Positions 1-6,476 of a DNA stretch of 10,641 nt are shown here, piece after piece; within the stretch, counting starts at the first letter, position 1; the number at the start of each line of letters is the position of its first letter. The translations under genes and the position numbers were made by a program. Source of the DNA: Planctomycetota bacterium (GTDB lineage: Bacteria; Planctomycetota; GCA-002687715; DRQF01); NCBI GenBank assembly GCA_027001995.1, contig JALTLO010000124.1, positions 1 to 10,641 of the forward strand, in the 5' to 3' direction. A model generated the notes under the pieces. The model had not been told where the DNA came from. It searched no databases and saw only the letters and a program-made list of their open reading frames with translations.

Positions 1-165
1 AACCCACTCCACATCCTCATCCTCATGAGCCCGAGCCACAATGGCCGAGAACTCAGCGCGAATGGCAGACAGTTCTGGTTGTTTCTTGGAGTCAACCACA
101 ATGGGACTGACGCAGCCCATGGGAAGCAAGAGCACGGCCAGCAAGATGAAGTGGTGGAATTTCAT
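1..165 (-). CDS. Putative lipoprotein, 5' part only (runs off the left edge; not in the ORF track)
   Basis: Manual minus-strand translation from ATG at 165 gives MKFHHFILLAVLLLPMGCVSPIVVDSKKQPELSAIRAEFSAIVARAHEDEDVEWV, open to position 1. It has a basic N-terminus, a hydrophobic h-region and a lipobox-like PMG|C, with a TATAAT just upstream. Confidence 0.75.
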   Translation of the reverse strand, partial: MKFHHFILLAVLLLPMGCVSPIVVDSKKQPELSAIRAEFSAIVARAHEDEDVEWV

Positions 166-173
166 AGTCACGG

Positions 174-202
174 ATTATACGACCAAAGCGCAAGTGTTTC
201 AC
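174..202 (-). promoter_or_regulatory. Putative sigma70-type promoter for the left-edge lipoprotein gene (leaderless or very short leader)
   Basis: Perfect TATAAT on the minus strand (179-174), a 17-nt spacer, then GTGAAA (202-197; 4/6 match to TTGACA). Only 8 nt separate the -10 box from the ATG and there is no Shine-Dalgarno sequence. Confidence 0.55.
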
Positions 203-305
203 TGTTAGAGCAGAAGAGTTTCGGAAAACTCAGGAAGAGTTATTGGGTCGACTCTGCGCCGTTGACCGGCGCTCGCCGCATTGAGGAAACAGGCATCCTG
301 AAGGC

Positions 306-342
306 AAAGAAAAAGGGCCGACCACCTTGCGATGACCGGCCC
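306..342 (-). terminator. Rho-independent terminator of the OmcB-like gene
   Basis: The minus strand reads GGGCCGGUCAUC-GCAA-GGUGGUCGGCCC-UUUUUCUUU: a 12-bp stem with 3 G-U pairs, a GNRA tetraloop and a U-tract, about 35 nt after the stop at 378. Confidence 0.9.
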
Positions 343-377
343 CAATTTTCTTATCCCTCAAGGGATCAGTGAGAGAC

Positions 378-1922
378 TTACTTGTAGAAGTTAGTCGACT
401 CAGTTTCCTCAACAGGACGTGTGGTGTTGTCTGTTGTACGAGAAACTTTGAAGCGGAAGTCAGCAGCATCAACAGCTTTCACTGTCACGCGCCAAGTTGC
501 TTCTGCACCGGCAGCCAAGCTCGCCAAAGGAGCAAAGGTGATAGTGCCATCGGAGTGAGTTCCAGCGGTGGCGCCAGAAGCACTGACGAATGCACCAGCG
601 GCTTCCAGATCACAAACGATGTTGATGTTGGTGTCAGCGGCAGAGCCCTGGTTGTAGACGCGGATGACATAGACGACGGAATCGCCAACAGCGATTGGGT
701 CTTCGACGTCAACAACTTCCATCAAGATACCTGGAATACCGTTAACTTCAGTCGTATGCGAAGCGCTGACTGCGTCGGCGCAGTAAGCAGAAGCACGGAC
801 GTTGTTGGTGATAGTTGCGATCGTGTTGGCACGAACAACAACGGTGACAGTACGCTCATCGCCAGCAGCGAGTGTTCCCAAGTTCCAGTTGACGGTGCCA
901 CCATTGACACTGCCAGCAGGTGTAGAGCTCACGTAGCTTGTGCCAGCAGGGAGTGCGTCAGAAACGACGGTGTCCCGCGCATCGCCATTGCCGATGTTCT
1001 TGACCATGATTTCGTAAGAAACAGTCTTGCCAGCGTAGGTACGATCTGGACCGGTCTTGGAGATGGTCAGCTCAGGCTTCGTCGCAACAGTAGACGCGCT
1101 TGCTTCGGAACGAAGACCGTTATCTGCTGTAGCGACAGCATCACAGGTGTACTCACCGGTTCTGCTGGCCATGAGTTGAGCACGGATTTCACGCTGAGAA
1201 CCACCAGGCAAGTCGCCAATCATGGCTTCCATTTGGGTGCTTCCGTCAGCCATGGTCAAACCGGCTGGGAGATTGGCACGCACAACAACGTTCTTGGCAA
1301 CGCCAGTACCGTTGTTTTCGACAGTCATGACAACTGTGATTGGATCACATGTCAAAACATTAGGTGTCATTGTCTTGGTCAACTTGAGTGCTGGCTCGAC
1401 GACAGCAGTCTTGACACAAGCAGATTGGTTGTAAGTCACATCAGCACAGTGTGTGATGTCACCGGTTTGTGTTGCCTTGGCGCGAACGCGAATAGTGCGT
1501 TTTTCGCCTGGTGCCAAAGTTCCAAGTGCCCAGATAAGGCGTTGGCCATCGGCGCTTGTTGTGGCTGGGTCAGAACTAATGAATTCCATTCCCATGGGAA
1601 GGACGTCTGTTACAGTGACACCTTCAAGATCACCAGCAGTCAAGTTGGTTGCTGTGATTTCGTAGTCGTATGGTTGACCCAAGTTGACTTCGTAAGGCGA
1701 TGAATTGGTTAAGGTGACTGCACTTGTCGCCATCTCGCCGGTGGGAACGTGAAGGACAGACATGTTGCCCATCGTTGGGGCGGCCATCTTCTTTTCGACT
1801 TTTGCCATTTTCTTGGCTGGCTTGCGCCTGTTCTTTTGCTGCTGTGATGCACACGCACTCATGACCGTCAAAGCGACCATAAGCAAGGCAACACATAGCT
1901 TAGATGTTGTAAGCTTCTGCAT
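378..1922 (-). CDS. DUF11-repeat envelope lipoprotein, homolog of chlamydial OmcB (large cysteine-rich periplasmic protein), 514 aa
   Basis: Start refined to ATG 1922 (GAGG RBS upstream). Signal peptide ends MSA|C. Four Ig-like repeats of the L-x-K-T...G...Y-x-I-x-V-x-N-x-G...V-x-D-x-LP type. The C-terminal repeat (MEVVDVEDPIAVGDSVVYVIRVYNQGSAADTN ... EETESTNFY) resembles the OmcB C-terminus as I recall it. Confidence 0.85.
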   Translation of the reverse strand: MQKLTTSKLCVALLMVALTVMSACASQQQKNRRKPAKKMAKVEKKMAAPTMGNMSVLHVPTGEMATSAVTLTNSSPYEVNLGQPYDYEITATNLTAGDLEGVTVTDVLPMGMEFISSDPATTSADGQRLIWALGTLAPGEKRTIRVRAKATQTGDITHCADVTYNQSACVKTAVVEPALKLTKTMTPNVLTCDPITVVMTVENNGTGVAKNVVVRANLPAGLTMADGSTQMEAMIGDLPGGSQREIRAQLMASRTGEYTCDAVATADNGLRSEASASTVATKPELTISKTGPDRTYAGKTVSYEIMVKNIGNGDARDTVVSDALPAGTSYVSSTPAGSVNGGTVNWNLGTLAAGDERTVTVVVRANTIATITNNVRASAYCADAVSASHTTEVNGIPGILMEVVDVEDPIAVGDSVVYVIRVYNQGSAADTNINIVCDLEAAGAFVSASGATAGTHSDGTITFAPLASLAAGAEATWRVTVKAVDAADFRFKVSRTTDNTTRPVEETESTNFYK

Positions 1923-2081
1923 TGTAAAACCTCGTCTTGATATAAACGACAATTCGAAGGAATCTGAATGAGGAAACACGCGCCCCTCCTCCATCCTCTT
2001 TTCCGGCACGCTGCAGAATTTGCAGCGCTCCCATTCTAAGGAAGATCCTATGCAGAAACCACGGCAGAATTATGTAAAGTC

Positions 2082-2107
2082 GGAACCAATCAGGGAATCT
2101 GACCGTT
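2082..2107 (+). promoter_or_regulatory. Putative ECF sigma-factor promoter upstream of the LEA_2 gene
   Basis: GGAAC (2082-2086)-N17-CGTT (2104-2107) matches the GGAAC-N16/17-CGTT consensus of stress ECF sigma factors and points toward the LEA gene. Confidence 0.45.
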
Positions 2108-2309
2108 GGGACTCTCCAAGTCAGCGTCGCGCTTGAGCTTGTTATTCTTGATGCGAGGAGTTGCAAATAGGATCACAGCTAATACGTTAAGCCGTCCAAA
2201 AGTTGGAACATTGTTTCTCAGCTACAACATTCTCTTATTGAGATACAATAGTTTCATTCAAAACGCCTTCAAAGGCATCACAACGCCTAAATTCGGGGAG
2301 TTCACCACA

Positions 2310-3161
2310 ATGATCAGCCAACGTATCCTGAGCCTTTTCTTGATCTTTTTCTCATTTTTCTTGATCTCTTCCTGCTCAACCTTGGACAAACTCATTGGAG
2401 AAAATCGGCCGAGTGCATCGATTGTTGGAGCCAGATTGTCTAACTTGAACGCCCAATCAGCCACAGTGACTTTTGATGTTTCTGTCGACAATCCTTATGG
2501 CGTCGATTTGCCAATTCTCGGATTGGACTTTGCGCTGTCAAATAAGGGTAATCAATTCCTTGCTGGAGCCGTGAATGACCCAGGATTCATCCCAGCTATG
2601 AACAGTCGTGTTGTTCCCGTGGTGGCGCACATTCCCTTCGCTGATGCCATGCGCGTCCTGTCCGATGTCAAACCCGGAGCGGTCATCCCCTACGAGGCCA
2701 CAATGGGCCTCAACTTAGATCTCCCCTCCTTCGGTGCCTTTCGCATTCCTTTGCAAAAGAGCGGAGAATTCCCCATTCCGGCAGTCCCCAACATTTCTAT
2801 CGAGAATTTCGCCTGGGAATCATTCGGCTTGAACGGAGCAGTAGCCAACATCGACTTCAAGTTTGGCAATGGAAACCAGTTCCCCATCTCAGTCGACAAC
2901 ATCGGTTACGATTTTGAGTTGGCGGGCAAGAGAGTCTTCCGAGGGGCCATGGGCAAGACACTGAACCTGGCTCCAGGAGAAGACGGTACATTTGGCCTCA
3001 GATTGGAGTTGAGCCCAGCCTCTCTCGGACTGGCCGCCTTCCGCATGTTGGGAGGACAAGAAGCCAATTATGGTTTCATCGGTGATGCCAAGATTGGCTC
3101 GCGCTTTGGTGACATCTCTTTGCCTGTAGACAGCCGTGGTCGAACAACCATGAAACGTTAA
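2310..3161 (+). CDS. LEA type 2 / WHy-domain lipoprotein with two tandem domains, 283 aa
   Basis: Start refined to ATG 2310 (GGGGAG RBS at 2295-2300). Signal peptide with lipobox ISS|C. Two repeats carry the LEA_2 signature V-x-NP(Y/N)-x-x-x-L/I-x-I/V-x-x-L/I-x-F/Y-x-L/F (VDNPYGVDLPILGLDFAL; FGNGNQFPISVDNIGYDFEL). Confidence 0.85.
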   Translation: MISQRILSLFLIFFSFFLISSCSTLDKLIGENRPSASIVGARLSNLNAQSATVTFDVSVDNPYGVDLPILGLDFALSNKGNQFLAGAVNDPGFIPAMNSRVVPVVAHIPFADAMRVLSDVKPGAVIPYEATMGLNLDLPSFGAFRIPLQKSGEFPIPAVPNISIENFAWESFGLNGAVANIDFKFGNGNQFPISVDNIGYDFELAGKRVFRGAMGKTLNLAPGEDGTFGLRLELSPASLGLAAFRMLGGQEANYGFIGDAKIGSRFGDISLPVDSRGRTTMKR

Positions 3162-4102
3162 GAAAACTGGCCTGTTTCCTTGGGGCCGAAGTCGGAGGTT
3201 TTTCCTGAGCCCAGAAGGCCTCTGGCTTCGCCCCAGGACCAGGCAAGGACGAGAGTCAAGACAATAGGAAAACCAAACAACAACTTCGGCAAACACCGTG
3301 GTCGGCGTGTGACCATGACTTTGGCGATTCTCCAAAGGTGAAATAGGGGTACTAAAGGTAGAGTGAGGCGCCATTTCAAAAGCTCAGCCCCTGTGCTTTT
3401 CTCCCGGCGGTAACAGCCGAAACGCCAGCCCCCTGTATGAAGGTGACTTCTGGCTTTCTTGAAAGGGAACAAGAGCTCACTCTCAATCCAGGCGTCCGGA
3501 GCCAACCACAGTTGATGTGCTTGGGCCTGGAGCGCGTCATTTACCTCATTCTCGAAGAAGGCTTCCCGCCAAACGTCTTGGCACTGCAGGAGGGACTCCC
3601 GGCGATAGGAAGCATTCACCCCCGAGACATAGGCAGCGGGCCCGGCGGGCATAGGACGAATGAGCTGAACGTACTCGCACAAGTAAAGAGCCCAAACGTA
3701 AATTCCTGCGGTCTCCCCCGGGTCCACCGGCCCACCCACAACAAGATGCTCGACCTCATGGGCTTTGCGGATCGATTGCAGCCACAAAGGATTGGTGATG
3801 ATGTGATCCTCCGTCAGAACGATCAAAGAGCCACGGGCGGCGTGAACACCTTGACTGCGCAAACGAAATACCCGAGTTTCGATCAAACGGGGATCTTCAG
3901 TTTTCTCTTCTTGAGAACCCAAAATTAAGACCGATGGGAATTTCTGGGACAGCCTTTGACGAGCGGATTCATCTTCCTGCGTTACCGCAATGACCTCAAC
4001 TCCATCGCCAGCTTGAACTAGTATGCGCCCCAGGCAGCGGGCCAAAGTGGCTTCACCACAAAAAGAAGCAACCACCACCGAGATGTCGGGCTGGTTGCTC
4101 AT
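3158..4102 (-). CDS. Family 2 glycosyltransferase (GT-A fold) with C-terminal hydrophobic helices, 314 aa
   Basis: N-terminal ISVVV...TLARCL..I, R.QG..AARG.LIVLTEDH (DxD position), VVGGPV and GVNASYRR motifs. GAGG RBS upstream of ATG 4102. Confidence 0.85.
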   Translation of the reverse strand: MSNQPDISVVVASFCGEATLARCLGRILVQAGDGVEVIAVTQEDESARQRLSQKFPSVLILGSQEEKTEDPRLIETRVFRLRSQGVHAARGSLIVLTEDHIITNPLWLQSIRKAHEVEHLVVGGPVDPGETAGIYVWALYLCEYVQLIRPMPAGPAAYVSGVNASYRRESLLQCQDVWREAFFENEVNDALQAQAHQLWLAPDAWIESELLFPFKKARSHLHTGGWRFGCYRREKSTGAELLKWRLTLPLVPLFHLWRIAKVMVTRRPRCLPKLLFGFPIVLTLVLAWSWGEARGLLGSGKTSDFGPKETGQFS

Positions 4103-4130
4103 TTTGTTTCAAACCTCAGAAGGAGTTGGA

Positions 4131-4853
4131 CTAACCGACAATACTCTTGATGGCGTTCGCAGTGGCATCTTCCCCTGGCACGCACTTACCCAGATCTTTG
4201 TCCTCGCCATCGGCGATTGCTTGGGCATAACCTTCGCAATCATAACCACATGCCGTGCAATCCGTTTGAGCCATAGCAGCCCAGAGTTGGGTGAATTTGT
4301 CTTTGCCAGCAGCTAAGGCCAGCCGATCTTCGATGGGCATGTCTGCGTCGCGGAAACTATCTCCACCACCGCCCACGTCATCAGCAACCACTTCACCAGC
4401 TTCGGCCTGAGCTCGGGCCTCAGCTTGCTTCTCTGCAAGAGCGACAATGTCGCTGGCACCCTGCTCCTTTTCGGTGATGAGTTCTTCGATCAAGCTTCGG
4501 ACGTTTTGATCAAGATCGTTATTGAGCAACTCATTGAGCCAATCGATCTCAACCTCAATCAGCTCTGGGACAACAGTCAAGAGATGAGACCAAGTTGCGA
4601 AGTTCAGGCGTGATGGAGAAAAATCGAAACAATCATCCAAAAGTGGAATCGGGACATCCCCTTGATTGCTGATCGCTTGGCCGATACGCCCCAAGAATGG
4701 CTTTTCCGAAGCCCATGCTGCCTGAAAAGCTGCCTCTGCCGCTTTGTCTGCCTTCTCGTGGGAGTCCGGCCAAGCCGAGTTCATGACATAGTTCAGAGCG
4801 CACTTGTCCTCGAGAGCGAGAACAGAGGTCAATACGTCTACATTGCTAGTCAC
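4131..4853 (-). CDS. Fe-S-binding protein: N-terminal helical (possibly ferritin-like) domain plus C-terminal RnfB-N/PF04060-type 4Fe-4S domain, 240 aa
   Basis: GTG start with GGAG upstream. The C-terminus MAQTDCTACGYDCEGYAQAIADGEDKDLGKCVPG has Cys199/202/206/224 (CxxCGYxC-x17-CxPG). The N-terminal ~140 aa look acidic, amphipathic and helical. Confidence 0.75.
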   Translation of the reverse strand: MTSNVDVLTSVLALEDKCALNYVMNSAWPDSHEKADKAAEAAFQAAWASEKPFLGRIGQAISNQGDVPIPLLDDCFDFSPSRLNFATWSHLLTVVPELIEVEIDWLNELLNNDLDQNVRSLIEELITEKEQGASDIVALAEKQAEARAQAEAGEVVADDVGGGGDSFRDADMPIEDRLALAAGKDKFTQLWAAMAQTDCTACGYDCEGYAQAIADGEDKDLGKCVPGEDATANAIKSIVG

Positions 4854-4899
4854 AGGATCTTCGCTCCATCAGTCATCCCACCCCAAGGAGGGACAAACC

Positions 4900-6474
4900 C
4901 TATATTCCAGAAATCGTCAGGCCGCGAATAAACTCCACAGCCGAATTGAAGAACAAACCCAAGTAAAGAATGGGTACAATCATCAGCACGACGAATGTTG
5001 AAAGCGGTGCAGGCATGACAACTTTTGTTGTCGCCTCTCCACCTTCCAAGAACATCAACTTGATGATCCTGGCGTAATACCAAACCGAAATCACTGTGTT
5101 GAACACAGCAAAATAGACAACGTAATGGAGTCCGCTTTCCCAGGCCGCCCGCAGTAACTGCCATTTGCCAGAAAAACCACCTGTTGGCGGCAATCCGATC
5201 AAGGAAATCAAACAGATGAAGAAACCAATGGCAAGCATAGGTGACCTGCGAATGAGACCGCGAAAGCCTTCAACTGTTTCATCCTTGGCGTTATTGGCCA
5301 CGATGCCAGCAATGAGAAATCCGCCCAAGTTCATGAACAGGTAGACCAGCAAGTAAAACAACACGGCTTCCCAGCCATAATTGCCCCGCCCTGCCAATGG
5401 CACCAAAGCTGCCACCCCCATCAAGAGATAACCCGCATGGGCAATGCTTGAATAGGCCAGAAGACGCTTGATGTTGGTCTGCCAAAGAGCTGAGAAGTTA
5501 CCGACGCACATGGTGATGACGGCTACAACTCCCAAGATATTCGGCCAGTCCAGAGAAATCGATTCTCCCCCGGGCAAGCTCAATGCGTAGCCATTGCCCG
5601 TAGCGAAGCCTGCCACCAAGCGAATCAACACAGCGAAACCAGCGGCCTTCGAAATGACCGACAAGAAAGCAGTGAAAGGCATTGGTGAACCTTCATAGAC
5701 GTCAGGAGCCCAGAACTGCATGGGGAAAGCCGAAATCTTGTAGGCAAAACCACTGAATGTGAGCAATGCTGTCACCACCAAAGTGATGCTTGCAGTTTCC
5801 TTCACCAAGAGGGCCTCAGTCACCGCACCAATATCGAGGCTGCCCGTAAGCCCGTAGATCATCGACATGCCATAGACCATGATGCCTGAAGCAACAGAGC
5901 CATAGATGACATACTTGACCCCGCCCTCCGCGGCCTTGCGGTTGCCTTTCATATAGCCGGCAAGCAAGTAGGAGGTATAACTGGCGAATTCGATTCCCAT
6001 GAAGAACATTAGAAGATTCTTGGCAGTCGCCATGATGAACATGCCCAAGACGGCACCAAGAAGAAGGCCGTAGAATTCGCCCATCCTCTCTTTGTTCAAC
6101 TCCTTGTGCATCATGAACATCGGAATACAGATCGCCGTACCGATGACCGTTAGAAACTTAAAGAAAACGCCAAAGCCATCATGGAAGATCATCCCGTGAA
6201 AAAGAGCTTTTGACTCCTCTTGAGTCGGGAATCCCTGGACGAAGAGCGCCAAGAAAGTGATACCCAAGACGCCCAAGGCATGGTATCCAACGCGCTTGCG
6301 ATCGCCTTTGCCGAACAAGTCAGCCATGATGACCCAGACAATACCTAAGCAGAGTACGAGCTCTGGCAGGAAATGCCCTATATCGCCTGTGATCCCGGCA
6401 ACAATGTCGGGATACTTCTCGGCGATATTGGCGGTATTGACCGCAGTTTCAGGATCCGTTTGAGCAAAAAACAT
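4900..6474 (-). CDS. nuoN: NADH-quinone oxidoreductase subunit N, 524 aa
   Basis: Highly hydrophobic, with motifs PEL, GEFY, GIE, EGGVKY, YKISAFPMQFWAPDVYEGSP, SKAAGF, QTNIKRLLAYSSIAHAGY, SLIGLPPTGGFSGK and YYARII. It lies 2 nt downstream of nuoM. Confidence 0.97.
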   Translation of the reverse strand: MFFAQTDPETAVNTANIAEKYPDIVAGITGDIGHFLPELVLCLGIVWVIMADLFGKGDRKRVGYHALGVLGITFLALFVQGFPTQEESKALFHGMIFHDGFGVFFKFLTVIGTAICIPMFMMHKELNKERMGEFYGLLLGAVLGMFIMATAKNLLMFFMGIEFASYTSYLLAGYMKGNRKAAEGGVKYVIYGSVASGIMVYGMSMIYGLTGSLDIGAVTEALLVKETASITLVVTALLTFSGFAYKISAFPMQFWAPDVYEGSPMPFTAFLSVISKAAGFAVLIRLVAGFATGNGYALSLPGGESISLDWPNILGVVAVITMCVGNFSALWQTNIKRLLAYSSIAHAGYLLMGVAALVPLAGRGNYGWEAVLFYLLVYLFMNLGGFLIAGIVANNAKDETVEGFRGLIRRSPMLAIGFFICLISLIGLPPTGGFSGKWQLLRAAWESGLHYVVYFAVFNTVISVWYYARIIKLMFLEGGEATTKVVMPAPLSTFVVLMIVPILYLGLFFNSAVEFIRGLTISGI

Positions 6475-6476
6475 GC

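Noticed and set aside
25..372. 115-aa plus ORF and the 230..472 minus ORF
   Set aside because: They run across the terminator and promoter region or overlap real genes, and show no protein-like features.
369..1703. 444-aa plus-strand ORF antisense to the OmcB-like gene
   Set aside because: Shadow ORF lying entirely opposite a well-supported gene. It has no recognisable motifs and its composition is consistent with antisense reading of a biased coding strand.
1923..2009. Upstream extension of the OmcB-like ORF (start at 2009)
   Set aside because: ATG 1922 has an RBS and places the signal peptide at the N-terminus.
2001..2027. Possible sigma54 promoter (CGGCAC…TTGCA)
   Set aside because: The GG and GC dinucleotides are not separated by the required 10 nt.
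2106..2309. Upstream extension of the LEA_2 ORF (TTG at 2106)
   Set aside because: ATG 2310 has a strong RBS and directly precedes the lipoprotein signal peptide.
4874..4895. Hairpin after nuoN as a terminator
   Set aside because: The stem is short with a mismatch and G-U pairs, and there is no U-tract.
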